DNA of 64,000 nucleotides from a bacterium (GCA_021813505.1 JAKAKI010000040.1:56559-120558), one strand, 5' to 3'; positions 52,885 to 62,942 are shown, counted from the stretch's first letter. Notes: generated by a model from the sequence alone, not told the origin. Numbers and translations: made by a program.

Positions 52885-53649
52885 CTACAAAACCTTGTCA
52901 AAGAACTCCTTGGCGCGCGGATGGCGTGGTGCCGACAGCACCTGATTTGGCGGGCCAGATTCCAGGATCTTTCCCTCATCGAGGAATATCACGCGATGGG
53001 CGACCTCACGGGCGAAACCGATCTCGTGCGAAACCACAATCATCGTCATGCCCGATTGGGCCAAATCGCGCATCACCGCCAGCACTTCCCCGATCATTTC
53101 GGGATCAAGTGCCGACGTGGGCTCATCGAAGAGCATGACTTGTGGGTCCATGGCCAGCGCCCGGGCAATGGCCACTCGCTGCTGCTGTCCGCCCGAAAGC
53201 TCCGCGGGGAACGAATCGAGTTTGGCACCCAATCCGACGCGCTCCAGCCGCTCCCGCGCCTGGTTGATGGCTTGCTCCTTGGGGAGTTTGAGCACAGTCC
53301 GGGGGGCAAGCGCCACATTGTCCAAAGCGCTCAAGTGGGGAAAGAGATTGAACTGCTGGAACACCATACCGACTTTCGCCCGAACGGCGTGAATGGTGTC
53401 ACAAGTTGGGTCCAGGCGAACTCCCCCCACCTCAATGATACCGGCATCAAGCCGTTCCAGCCCATTGAAGCATCGCAGCAAAGTCGACTTCCCTGATCCA
53501 GATGGCCCCAGCATGACGACCACTTCCGAAACGGCGACGTCGAGATCCAACCCATCGACGACCACAAGGTTCCCGAAACGCTTGCTGATCCCGCGCGCGC
53601 GCAACGCCGGGCCATCATGATCCATCTGATGGTTGCGATTCGGGTTCAA
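52885..53649 (-). CDS. Polar amino-acid ABC transporter ATP-binding protein
   Basis: Walker A 'GPSGSGKST'. Signature '[15 protein letters not shown]'. Walker B '[11 protein letters not shown]'. Confidence 0.85.
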   Translation of the reverse strand: MNPNRNHQMDHDGPALRARGISKRFGNLVVVDGLDLDVAVSEVVVMLGPSGSGKSTLLRCFNGLERLDAGIIEVGGVRLDPTCDTIHAVRAKVGMVFQQFNLFPHLSALDNVALAPRTVLKLPKEQAINQARERLERVGLGAKLDSFPAELSGGQQQRVAIARALAMDPQVMLFDEPTSALDPEMIGEVLAVMRDLAQSGMTMIVVSHEIGFAREVAHRVIFLDEGKILESGPPNQVLSAPRHPRAKEFFDKVL

Positions 53650-54317
53650 CGCCGGACACCCATTCCGAAGCCGCGGACGGCAAAGCGGTGTTCCAAATGC
53701 CGGGTTAGCTTCGTGAGCAAAAGCGTCATGCAGAGATACACCACACCCACCAGCAGCCAGGTTTGGAAATCCACGAAGTACTGCGAGTAATACTCACGAC
53801 CCGCCCTGGTCAGCTCCCGAAGGCCGATGATCGAGACCAGCGAGGAATCTTTCAGGCAGGCGATAAACTCATTAGCCGCCGGGGGAATAATTACACGCGT
53901 TGCTTGAGGAAGAATGACAAAGCGCAAGGCTTGGGTATTTGACATGCCCAGCGATGCTGCCGCCTCATGCTGGCCGCGTGCGATTGACTCGATGCCAGAG
54001 CGGATAATCTCCGCCAGGTAGGCGGAGTAGCAGATCCCTATGGCGAGGACGCCGGCGGCGAATCGCTCAAGATTGAGCAGTCCTCCAAGTCCAAAGTAGA
54101 TGAAGAAGATCTGCACCAGCAGGGGAACGCCACGCAGCACGTCAACATAGCCCTTGGCCAGGAGAACCATCGGCCGGTAGCCGGAAATCTGGCTCAACCC
54201 GACCGCCAACCCGAGAATCAGCGCCAGCGTGAACGACAGAACCGTCACGGCGACCGTCATGGGTACAGCCGGCGCCAGGAACTTCAGGATGTTGAGCGCC
54301 AGCGCGCCCTGGTTCAA
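53646..54317 (-). CDS. Polar amino-acid ABC transporter permease (HisM/HisQ family)
   Basis: '[30 protein letters not shown]' is the EAA-loop region. ATGA overlap with the ATPase gene. Confidence 0.8.
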   Translation of the reverse strand: MNQGALALNILKFLAPAVPMTVAVTVLSFTLALILGLAVGLSQISGYRPMVLLAKGYVDVLRGVPLLVQIFFIYFGLGGLLNLERFAAGVLAIGICYSAYLAEIIRSGIESIARGQHEAAASLGMSNTQALRFVILPQATRVIIPPAANEFIACLKDSSLVSIIGLRELTRAGREYYSQYFVDFQTWLLVGVVYLCMTLLLTKLTRHLEHRFAVRGFGMGVRR

Positions 54318-54427
54318 GAGAAAGTCGATGGTGCGTCCTCCGCTGTCCCCGAAGTGGGGGCAGAAAAATCAAGTTATCACACCCAACACGGGTTTTCAAT
54401 CGGATTTCGGACTGGGGTGGAACCGGT

Positions 54428-56533
54428 TTACTGGGACGGAGTTGGCGAAGTAGCGCACGTTGCGGCCAGCCCCTTGACGAGTTCCTCGGGCGCTCCAATC
54501 CGCTCCAATGGGATCGCGGCCATCAGCCGCGCTTTGAGGTCCTGGCAGCGTGCCCGGTCGCTCTCCGCTTGCGCCAGACTGAAGAACGCTGCGTAAGTCG
54601 CCTGTGCCACCCAGCGGGAGGGAGGCTCGAGCACAATTGTCGAATCCGCATACCCACGGCTGGAGTAATTCGTGAACAGGTTGGCAATCAACAGTGTCGT
54701 GTCGGTCGGCGGGCGCTCGACCGGCATCAATCGATGAACCAGACCCTCGGGACGCAGATAGGGCCTGAGCCAGCCGAGCTGTTGGAGTGCGAAGGATGTG
54801 AAGTAGATGGGACGTTGCCAGCGGTTTGCTTGGATCAGCCGGATGATGAAGTCGTCGTGGCCGAAGATGTAAGTCCTCTGGGCGGTGGGTGGTACATGCA
54901 ACCAGAGCGTGTCCGGCAGAGTGAATCGATCTGTCGGCCCGGTCCATCCCGATGTCGGGATGGCGATGGTTGTATCGCGCCATGCTCGGAATCCATGGGC
55001 TGCGATCTCTTCCGCTGTCATGGTCAAACCGACAGATGGCTTTTCGGCCAGAACCTGCGTCAGGTACCAGGCCGTATTCAGCAGGCTGACATTGGCGACA
55101 CTGACATCGGGACGCTGCCTCTCCACCATTTGCAGGTACCAGAGTGGGTAGGTGTCGACATCGGTTCCGGTGATCACAATGCTCTGTTGGGGCAGGGATG
55201 TCAGCAGGTTCCAGCCGAAATCGCTGGCGAAGTAAGTACGCGAGTGGTCGAGTTCCCTCCAGTTGGTAGTGAGCTGTGCCATTGCGCCGGCCGCCACCAG
55301 AACGCCTGCCGAAAGCACGACGATTCGCGTCCGGTATCTGTTCGCGATCATCGCAATGGCAACCGCGCCATAGACGATGAAAACGGCGAAGAGGACAAAC
55401 GAGGGCAGGTAATGCCGGTCCATGGCGCGGAAGAAATTCGCCGGCAGGTTGAAGTACACGATCGCACCAAGGCTCGTCATGCCAAAGAGAATCAGGAGAC
55501 CGATTGCCAGCCGCGCGCTACGGCGCCAAAGTACGATCAGGCCGAAGATGCCCAACAAAAGTGGTACCAGGCCAAGAGGTCCGAGGGGCCCATCAAGCGT
55601 TGCGAAGCTATCTGCAAAACCGCGCAGGTAATCGGCGACCTGCACCGTCCAGAAATCGCCCTTCCTTGGAAGTAAGTCGACGAGGAATCCACCGCCGTAC
55701 TGTTTTAGCGAGAGGTAGTCCCACAACGCGCCAATCGTACCGGGGTTGTTGGAATTCAACGCCGGCATGCGGCGCGCCATCGGGATCAAGAGGAGATGCA
55801 CGCAGACCCCAAGCGCCGTCCCGCCTGCACCAGCCGCCCACAATTGCCACCGGCGGAATAATGACCGGTGGCGCAGGAGGAACCAGACGACGATTCCCGG
55901 CAGCAACAGCAGATTCGTACGATGGACACTGAAATCAAGACCCAGGAGCAACATCACAACGAATGTGCGCCCCCACACGGATCCCGTCTCGGCATCTCTC
56001 CACCAGGCGAGCAGGGCCAGGAGGATCGCTGCCGTCAGAAAAGCGGTGAAAACATAGGGCGTGAACAAAGTTCCGTTGGACCAAAGCGTCCGGCTGAATG
56101 CGAAAGCGAGCACCGCAAGCGCTGCAACTGACGTGTACGCGGATTCGGGCGGGTGCGATTCTTGCGTACACGGTTGCCAGGTCCAAAGCCGGCGTGCGGC
56201 AATCAGGACCACCAGCACGGTCATGCCGGCCACAACTCCTGCCAGCAGGTTGAGCCAATGTGCGGGCGACGTGGTGAGCGGCAGCCTGAGTGCCAGCCAT
56301 CCGATGATTGTGGGAATCAACGCTCCCGGTGGGTGGACGATTCCCAACACACCGCTCGCAGCCGTCAGTTCACCGTTTTCCCACCAGGAGATGGTGGGGA
56401 AGGCCGTCCGCCAGAAGATTCCGATCGCGGCGAGGACACCAAGCGCAATGATCGCATTCCCGGCACGTGGTGATGAGTGCGTGAATGGCATGACGTCAAG
56501 AATGATAATAACGCCATGTTTGCTATTTGTCAA
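54428..56533 (-). CDS. DUF2723-type large polytopic membrane protein (putative GT-C glycosyltransferase, TMEM260-like)
   Basis: 701 aa. ~11 TM helices in the N-terminal 400 aa, then a soluble domain. Confidence 0.55.
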   Translation of the reverse strand: MTNSKHGVIIILDVMPFTHSSPRAGNAIIALGVLAAIGIFWRTAFPTISWWENGELTAASGVLGIVHPPGALIPTIIGWLALRLPLTTSPAHWLNLLAGVVAGMTVLVVLIAARRLWTWQPCTQESHPPESAYTSVAALAVLAFAFSRTLWSNGTLFTPYVFTAFLTAAILLALLAWWRDAETGSVWGRTFVVMLLLGLDFSVHRTNLLLLPGIVVWFLLRHRSLFRRWQLWAAGAGGTALGVCVHLLLIPMARRMPALNSNNPGTIGALWDYLSLKQYGGGFLVDLLPRKGDFWTVQVADYLRGFADSFATLDGPLGPLGLVPLLLGIFGLIVLWRRSARLAIGLLILFGMTSLGAIVYFNLPANFFRAMDRHYLPSFVLFAVFIVYGAVAIAMIANRYRTRIVVLSAGVLVAAGAMAQLTTNWRELDHSRTYFASDFGWNLLTSLPQQSIVITGTDVDTYPLWYLQMVERQRPDVSVANVSLLNTAWYLTQVLAEKPSVGLTMTAEEIAAHGFRAWRDTTIAIPTSGWTGPTDRFTLPDTLWLHVPPTAQRTYIFGHDDFIIRLIQANRWQRPIYFTSFALQQLGWLRPYLRPEGLVHRLMPVERPPTDTTLLIANLFTNYSSRGYADSTIVLEPPSRWVAQATYAAFFSLAQAESDRARCQDLKARLMAAIPLERIGAPEELVKGLAATCATSPTPSQ

Positions 56534-56705
56534 ATTCTCGTGTTTCGTCGGGAGGGGACAACTTCACGGGAGCATGCCATCTTTTCATTATGGAGATCGT
56601 GGTAACTCCTTGCCAGACAGCACTGCGCAAGGGTGCGCAGCCCTCCCTCGAACGCCGATCATGCAAACCCTCCATTCGAGATTTCTCTCGATTGGCTTCG
56701 TTGCA

Positions 56706-56777
56706 GGGGAGGGTGGGGTTCCTGCCGAGCCACGTCTGCGTCGGGGGACATGGCTCGGCAGGAGCCTCGCCCTCCCC
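56706..56777. repeat. Long imperfect inverted repeat (~31-bp arms) forming an extended hairpin downstream of the DinB-family gene
   Basis: Left arm 'ggggagggtggggttcctgccgagccacgtc'. Reverse complement of right arm 'ggggagggcgaggctcctgccgagccatgtc'. Loop 'tgcgtcggg'. Confidence 0.45.
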
Positions 56778-56792
56778 AATACTCAGTGTGGC

Positions 56793-57323
56793 CTACACCT
56801 CCGGCGCAGGCATCCCATACTGGGACCATTCCTCCATCACCGGGCCGTAGATTCCCGGTGGCTGAATCCCTGCCTGGCGCAGCAGGACAAACATTTCGCC
56901 GCGATGATGCGCCTGATGTAAGAGGAGCGCGGTAATCGTCGTTCCCCGGTTCCAGCGCTCGCCGTACATCTCGTCCTCATTCAGGAGCGCTGCGTCATCC
57001 CACTTGGCTTTGATCTGCTGGACCAGCGACTTCGCCACCTGTGAGTAACCGGCCCTAATCGCCTCGACAGTGGCAGGCGTGGGGGCATCGACATTAGGCC
57101 CGGTGACCGCCAGACCAGTGCGGTTCATCATTTCCGGCACGGTGGTGACGATGTGCCACGCCAGTCTGCCCAGCGTACGGTGGCCGGGGGCAACCGCTTG
57201 TGAGAGTGCCTTGTCCGTGATCGCGCCCAATACGCGTTCCGTGGCTTGGCATTCGTGTTCCCAGTCTCTGATAAAATCGTCGACATTTCGATACATGGCG
57301 AATGGCCTCCTTTGCGCCATCAA
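56793..57323 (-). CDS. DinB/YfiT-like family protein (DinB_2 four-helix bundle)
   Basis: ~170 aa with His-containing helices ('LAWHIVTT', 'LLHQAHHRGEM'). Confidence 0.55.
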   Translation of the reverse strand: MMAQRRPFAMYRNVDDFIRDWEHECQATERVLGAITDKALSQAVAPGHRTLGRLAWHIVTTVPEMMNRTGLAVTGPNVDAPTPATVEAIRAGYSQVAKSLVQQIKAKWDDAALLNEDEMYGERWNRGTTITALLLHQAHHRGEMFVLLRQAGIQPPGIYGPVMEEWSQYGMPAPEV

Positions 57324-57494
57324 ATTGATGCACGCACCGAAATCGAATCAATCACTTTCTCAGGATCGACAGGAAGATCTGATGCCGCTGGAAGCGCGGC
57401 CAGCTTCACGAAATCCCTCCCGCAAAAACGGGCAACCAGTCGCGTGGGTGTGGCGCCACGACTTCGCGGGAAGGGGCGGAGGACGATTGCGGGC

Positions 57495-57540
57495 ATTTAT
57501 CGACACAAGAGGGCCTGTGAGGATTGACTCCCCACAGGCC
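57495..57540 (-). terminator. Candidate intrinsic terminator downstream of the C10 peptidase gene
   Basis: On the minus strand, 'ggcctgtgggg-agtcaatcc-tcacaggcc' hairpin followed by 'cucuugugucgauaaau'. Confidence 0.4.
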
Positions 57541-57567
57541 TGACGGTGACTAGCATCGAGATATCTG

Positions 57568-60375
57568 TCAAGGGCCACACGGGCTGATGGGATTCGCACC
57601 GCCGCTGAACGCCGTCGCGATCAGGAAAACCACATCAAAGACGTCGGTAACTCCATTGTCGTCGGCATCGCCACGGGTCCGAGTGCAACTTGCGTCCTGC
57701 GGATCATTATCTCCAGAGAACGCCACGCCAATGGTCGCAATGATGTCGAAGACATCGATAGCGCCATCGCCATTCAGATCTCCCTGCCACGGACAACTAC
57801 AGGGCGAGTAGAACGCGGTGAAGTATCGTGAGGTATCTATGCTGACCGTGATGGAAGGCTGCATGGCGAAATCGACACCGTCGCGTTGCCACTTATTGAA
57901 GAAACTGCCGGATGCCGACGTTGGTGCCTGCAATGTCACCGAAGCTCCCTGGTAGTAGTTCCGTGAGAAGGGTGTGGGGCCGCTCCCGAACCCGTCCTGA
58001 TCAACCAGGCTGACCGTGATCGGGACTCCGTCGGGTGGGTCCATCGAGAACACGATGATATCGAAACATTTGCCCATGGTAACGGATGCGGGCGGGCCGA
58101 CGGGACTGGTGCCGCAGCCGTTTCCCGCACGCAATTCATACGTCCAGGTTCCTGGAGTGGTCTTGATGATCCCCCACATGTTGGCGGCGCCGCAGTTCTG
58201 CCACACACCGCCGTTCTCGCGGATTTCATAGTACTCGGCATTGGGCACGGGATTCCAGCGTACCGCGCACTGCCGATTGACACACAGCGGGCTGGCGGGT
58301 TGGAATGTCAACTGACCTGGTGCGTCAGGGCCGGCGCCGCTCCCCGAGACAGTGATGCTGACCGGCGGGCTGGCGTTGCTGGCGCCACAGGCGTTGATCG
58401 CCCGGACCTCGTAGGTCCAGGTACCTGGAACTGCCTTCATTCCCATCCATAAAGTTATCAACCCCAGGTTTTGCCAGGCGCCTCCGTCTTCCCGAATCTG
58501 ATAATTGTCGGCTCCCGCGACCGGCGCCCAGGCCAGCGAGTATTGGGAGTTTGGGCATACAGCAGTCGGGGGAGTCGGCACTGGCTGCGATGGGGTTCCG
58601 GGGGCATTACTCTCCACGGTGATACTGATCGGTGTGCTTGTTGCTCCGGTTCCGCATCCCGATAGGGGGCGAACTTCGTATGTGTAAGTTCCGCTCACCG
58701 ATTGCATGAATGAGCGAGTTGTATCAGTCCCATTACTCGTCCAGCTCCCGCCATTCTCCCGAATCTCGTATCCGCTCGCGCCGGCGAGCGGGCGCCATGC
58801 GACCAAATACGTCGAGTTGGCGCACACCGGACTTCTTGGCGATGTCCACGGTAGTTGCACGGCCTGGCTGCACGGCAGATACACGGCGGTCATCGTATGA
58901 TTCATGTCTGTGGTGACGAGCACAGACGGACCGCCGGGGTAATCGATTCCATCACGCTGCCATTTGGCGAAGCTGTTGCCGGCGGCGCTTGCCGGCGTCA
59001 CCAAGGCAATGGATTTGTCGGGACTGTAATTCCGCATGAAGGGCGTCGAACCATTGGACTGCCCGTTCGTGTCGGCCGGGCTGACGGAGATGGCGACACC
59101 TGTGTCGGGATTGGCGGAGTTGACGGTCAGATACACATGGAAAGAGTCTGCGGAGGGTTTGATCCCCACGCGCATGTACTCGTACGTCGGGTCACTCCCG
59201 TACAGGCTGTCGATGAAGAACCAGCCGGTCGTCGATCCACCCCATCCGTAGTTGACGTGCATTTGATTGCCGGAGAAGATTCGCCAGCCATCGAGGACGG
59301 GAGCATGAGCGAGAGGATAGATCGCCATCTGCATCGGCCGGCGCGCCTCGCATTCGCTTTGAATGAGATCGAACCACCCCTGCGCCGAGTAATTGCTTCG
59401 GTATTCCAGATGAGTCCCGGCGTCATACCAGAAATACGTCGACCAGACATTAGTCTCGATATAGGCCCCGGAACCGTCACAGCCGTACATCATCTCGTAC
59501 GCGACGCCCAGATCGTAGCTGAGCCCGGACAATGCCTCCTGCTCTGCGGGAGTCCAACTGCCGCTTCCTCTGAGCGGCATATTCGCCCAATCGTACGTGT
59601 GGTTGAACGCCGCACAGAGCTGGGCGGAATTGCTTTGGCCGTGCCAATTGTAGCAGTGGCTGCCAAGTCCCTTGGAAGGCCATTGCCAGTATCGCATGAT
59701 CTGCGAAGCGCCGGTGGCCACACATCCAACCCACGTGCGGGTGCAGCCCCCATCCGGCGGGCACTTGAGATTCCAGGGGTAGCCCTGGCTCCAGGCATTA
59801 CCGCCAAGCAGGATATCCCCACCCGTCATCGGTTGCATGCCGGCCAACTGGACGGCAAATGACTGATCGTCGAGCGTGTAGACGTCCCAGGTGGATGGTG
59901 TGCGCGAGGTCGTCTTCTGGACCGTGACCGCGTTCAGGCTTCCGTACTTGGCGATAAACGTCCGGTCACGTGCGATCAGGATGTCCCGCAGCATCTGGAC
60001 CATGCCGATCGTGTCCTGCACATCAAGATCGCTCTCGTCGGAGTAGGCCATGACGGCCGGGAGGGCGGTGAGATAGGGCACGAGGACAAACCCGGTTGGA
60101 TCGATCGAATACAGAACTCCAAGCGCGGTGTCGCCGGCGGTCAGAACCTGCGAACTCCTGATGAGCGGCGTCACGCTCCCGGCCCAACTGCCCTGCTGGT
60201 TCACCATCGCGGTCAACCAATTGCCGCAGACCTGGTTCATCGCGTTTTGCCCGGCCACCTCGGCGTGAGCGGCACTGGCGATCAGCAATAGCCCAGCCAG
60301 CGCCATGCTCCCAAAGCAAACCAACCCACGACCACGTGACATCCGATGGATGAGTCGACGACCTGAAAGCGACAT
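57568..60375 (-). CDS. Secreted multidomain cysteine peptidase: signal peptide, C10 (streptopain/SpeB-family) domain, two InlB-B-repeat-like modules, three Cys-containing FN3-like repeats, C-terminal dockerin-like EF-hand pair
   Basis: Start at internal ATG 60375 (RBS 'aagagg') before signal 'LVCFGSMALAGLLLIASAAHA'. Catalytic Cys 'TWVGCVATGASQIMRYW' and His 'AHAPVLDGWRI', as in C10. Three ~85-aa repeats with 'Y(E/Q)IRE(N/D)GG.W...GTWTYE(V/L)RA.N.CG'. Two ~90-aa 'TPF.RNY...F.KWQRDG.D' modules. C-terminal 'GDLNGDGAIDVFDI...GDADDNGVTDVFDVVFL' is dockerin-like. Confidence 0.75.
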   Translation of the reverse strand: MSLSGRRLIHRMSRGRGLVCFGSMALAGLLLIASAAHAEVAGQNAMNQVCGNWLTAMVNQQGSWAGSVTPLIRSSQVLTAGDTALGVLYSIDPTGFVLVPYLTALPAVMAYSDESDLDVQDTIGMVQMLRDILIARDRTFIAKYGSLNAVTVQKTTSRTPSTWDVYTLDDQSFAVQLAGMQPMTGGDILLGGNAWSQGYPWNLKCPPDGGCTRTWVGCVATGASQIMRYWQWPSKGLGSHCYNWHGQSNSAQLCAAFNHTYDWANMPLRGSGSWTPAEQEALSGLSYDLGVAYEMMYGCDGSGAYIETNVWSTYFWYDAGTHLEYRSNYSAQGWFDLIQSECEARRPMQMAIYPLAHAPVLDGWRIFSGNQMHVNYGWGGSTTGWFFIDSLYGSDPTYEYMRVGIKPSADSFHVYLTVNSANPDTGVAISVSPADTNGQSNGSTPFMRNYSPDKSIALVTPASAAGNSFAKWQRDGIDYPGGPSVLVTTDMNHTMTAVYLPCSQAVQLPWTSPRSPVCANSTYLVAWRPLAGASGYEIRENGGSWTSNGTDTTRSFMQSVSGTYTYEVRPLSGCGTGATSTPISITVESNAPGTPSQPVPTPPTAVCPNSQYSLAWAPVAGADNYQIREDGGAWQNLGLITLWMGMKAVPGTWTYEVRAINACGASNASPPVSITVSGSGAGPDAPGQLTFQPASPLCVNRQCAVRWNPVPNAEYYEIRENGGVWQNCGAANMWGIIKTTPGTWTYELRAGNGCGTSPVGPPASVTMGKCFDIIVFSMDPPDGVPITVSLVDQDGFGSGPTPFSRNYYQGASVTLQAPTSASGSFFNKWQRDGVDFAMQPSITVSIDTSRYFTAFYSPCSCPWQGDLNGDGAIDVFDIIATIGVAFSGDNDPQDASCTRTRGDADDNGVTDVFDVVFLIATAFSGGANPISPCGP

Positions 60376-60613
60376 CTTTGGCCTCTTGTGATTTGTGAAT
60401 CGGTTCTCGATCATCAGCGACAACGGCACTGGACAGTAACTTTCCGCAATCCAATCGCGGCCGGGGGAGACGCGATCAAGGCGAAATATAGCACGATTTG
60501 CCGATTCCAGCAATCAGACTTCGGCCTCGAAAGTACGCGCTAGGCGGAAATAGACACTTGGGGTGAGAGAATTCAGAGCTGATCTGGTGTGATCTCGGCT
60601 TGAGGAGGAGCTC

Positions 60614-61390
60614 TCAGCCGCCGGCGCCGAACCAGCGGTCGTGGATCGTATCGTAGCGGCCATCATCCCTGATGGCTTTGAGGGCCATGTTGATGGCTTC
60701 GAGAAGCTCTTTGTCGTGGAGCCGGACTGCGAAGCCATAGCGCTCGGCGGTGAGGGTCGGAGGGATGATCTTGGCGGATTGGCGCTGCCGGATGATCATT
60801 TCGGTCGTGGGCAAATCATTGATGATGGCGTCGAGGCGTCCATTCTCCATGTCGATGAACGCCGCGCTGATATTGTCGAAGCTGACGACTGTGACACCCG
60901 GAATCTCTCGTGCGCGGCGTTCGCCGGTCGTCCCCAGTTGCACGCCCACCGACTTCCCCGACAGGTTTTCGACTCCCTTGGTAATCTCATCCTTGACCGG
61001 GACGGCCAGCGCCTGGCCGGCGTCGTAGTACGGATCGGTGAAGAGAACCTCCCGTGCCCGTTCGGTGGTGATGGTAAACGAGGAGGCGATCAAATCGTAC
61101 TTGCCGGTGCTCAATCCGGCAACGATCCCATCGAATGGTGTCACGACGAAATCCGGCGCGCAACGCAACTCGTGGCAAATCTCGGTGACCAAATCGATAT
61201 CAAACCCGGCGACTTTGCCCGTCTCCGTATCGACCGACTCGAATGGAGGATAGGTGGCGTCGGTGCCGACGCGCAACACGCCGGTGCTCTCAAGACGTTT
61301 GAGACCTGATTCGTCGCTGTGACTGCAGCCAAGAAGCGAAAGGAGCACGATCGAGGCCAGTCCCAGCGAAATCGTAAGAGCCCGGTTCAT
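60614..61390 (-). CDS. Amino-acid ABC transporter substrate-binding lipoprotein
   Basis: Start at ATG 61390 (RBS 'ggag'). Lipobox 'LSLLGCS'. SBP_bac_3-like 'LRVGTDATYPPFE...GFDIDL...YDLIASSFTITTER'. Confidence 0.8.
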   Translation of the reverse strand: MNRALTISLGLASIVLLSLLGCSHSDESGLKRLESTGVLRVGTDATYPPFESVDTETGKVAGFDIDLVTEICHELRCAPDFVVTPFDGIVAGLSTGKYDLIASSFTITTERAREVLFTDPYYDAGQALAVPVKDEITKGVENLSGKSVGVQLGTTGERRAREIPGVTVVSFDNISAAFIDMENGRLDAIINDLPTTEMIIRQRQSAKIIPPTLTAERYGFAVRLHDKELLEAINMALKAIRDDGRYDTIHDRWFGAGG

Positions 61391-61510
61391 GAATCTCCGA
61401 TGTTTGAATGCTGCAAACATGGCCCAAAGATGTTGCGTCGATTGGGTTTGTTCAAGCAAAAACGCCCCGCCGGTGGCGGGGCGTTCACTTACAGCATTGC
61501 CTCTTCCCCT

Positions 61511-62464
61511 TCAAATCGAGCCCGAGGACGCGGGCGATTCGGCCTGATGAAGCCGTAGCGAGGAGACGCCCGCCTCGATGCTCATTGTGATCTGAACGGC
61601 CTTGGTCTCAAACCCCGGTGTCTCCTGGTAATCACCCTGCTTTACCAGCGAGATACCCCCGGTGGACAGAGATCCCGCGGCAATCTCGCGGGTCAGCCGC
61701 AATCCCGCTCCTGCCGGAATCGTCATATCGACGGAGGCGGCCCCACAGTCAACATTGCACTCGACCCTGGGGGATTTGTCACCCAAAACCAGGTCCACGT
61801 CCGCTGCTCCGGAGGAGAGGTCGAGCTTCTGCAGAAGGACGTCGGCGAGGTTCAATCTGACCAGGGAGCCACCTGCTTCGACATTCAGATCAAGCGGCAC
61901 AGTATCGCAAACCCGGACATTCCAACGTTCACGGTCGTGTCCGCTTCCAATACTGATGTGTCCGCGATTGCTCGGCTGGGACAAGACCACGCGTAACGTG
62001 CTGCCTTCATGTTCGGTCGTGATGCGCGGCTTGCGGCCACGGTGCTGGAATCGGCCATCGACCAGAAGCCCCGGCGCCGCGCCGCCGGCGATGGTCAACC
62101 GCCCTCCGCCGAAATCGACCTTCAGTCGTACTTGCTGAACCGACGGGTTGGCGGACGCCCCCCAGTTCATTATATCGGGAGAAGAATCCGAATCGCTGTG
62201 GCTCCAGGAAGAGCCCCCGGTGGGATCGGCGACCACGACATAGGCGAAGGTCGCAACAATCAAGAGCGGGGAGAGGTAGGCCAGCGGCTTCATATTCTCG
62301 GATGACGAGAAGATCTTCTCGATGCCGATGGCGATCAGAAAGATCGGCCAAAAGACCAGAAGGTTCTCCCAAAGACTGACCGAGACAACGTCCAGTGTGT
62401 TCAACAGGAGGAACACGCCGACCAGAATTAACAGGATGCCGGTGCGCACTTTACCGACGCTCAT
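61511..62464 (-). CDS. LiaF-like / DUF4097 ('toast-rack') cell-envelope stress protein
   Basis: N-terminal 2-3 TM. C-terminal repetitive beta-rich domain ('LRVVLSQPSNRGHISIGSGHD...LDLNVEAGGSLVRLNLADV...DVDLVLGD'). Confidence 0.55.
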   Translation of the reverse strand: MSVGKVRTGILLILVGVFLLLNTLDVVSVSLWENLLVFWPIFLIAIGIEKIFSSSENMKPLAYLSPLLIVATFAYVVVADPTGGSSWSHSDSDSSPDIMNWGASANPSVQQVRLKVDFGGGRLTIAGGAAPGLLVDGRFQHRGRKPRITTEHEGSTLRVVLSQPSNRGHISIGSGHDRERWNVRVCDTVPLDLNVEAGGSLVRLNLADVLLQKLDLSSGAADVDLVLGDKSPRVECNVDCGAASVDMTIPAGAGLRLTREIAAGSLSTGGISLVKQGDYQETPGFETKAVQITMSIEAGVSSLRLHQAESPASSGSI

Positions 62465-62942
62465 TGTCCACCTCCGGAATGTTCGGGATCGTCCCTGTCG
62501 AATGGGATGCTTCGCGGTGCGGTCTGATCGAGTGGAAAATCAACACCACTCCGATGCCAACCAGAACCAGCGGCCAGATATAGCGGAAATCGAACCAGAA
62601 GAAGAGACGATTGAACAGGAAGATCAGGCCCAGCGCGATCAAAATCACCCCCGGGAGAAAACTCGGCCCGCGCTGCGGTACAGATTCCGGCATGGCAGGA
62701 GCGATCGCTGCGCTGGTGGCTGTTTCCCCCACTGGCGTGGATTGCGACGGTAATCCCGAAACCTGCCGGGGAATAACGATCCATGCCACCAGGTAGGTCA
62801 GAAGCCCGACACCCTGCGCAAAGATGGTGAGGACAAACAGAATCCGGATCCATGTTGGATCGATATCAAAATACTCACCGAGACCGGCACAGACGCCGCC
62901 GATGATTTTACCCTCCGTTGGCCGATATATCCGTTTCTTCAT
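62451..62942 (-). CDS. pspC: PspC-domain protein
   Basis: 'MKKRIYRPTEGKIIGGVCAGLGEYFDIDPTWIRILFVLTIF' is the canonical PspC N-domain. RBS 'gggagg'. Confidence 0.75.
   Translation of the reverse strand: MKKRIYRPTEGKIIGGVCAGLGEYFDIDPTWIRILFVLTIFAQGVGLLTYLVAWIVIPRQVSGLPSQSTPVGETATSAAIAPAMPESVPQRGPSFLPGVILIALGLIFLFNRLFFWFDFRYIWPLVLVGIGVVLIFHSIRPHREASHSTGTIPNIPEVDNERR

Noticed and set aside
58855-59862. 335-aa plus-strand ORF inside the C10 peptidase gene
   Set aside because: Gly/Arg/His-rich antisense translation. The minus-strand peptidase ORF has clear catalytic motifs and repeat structure.
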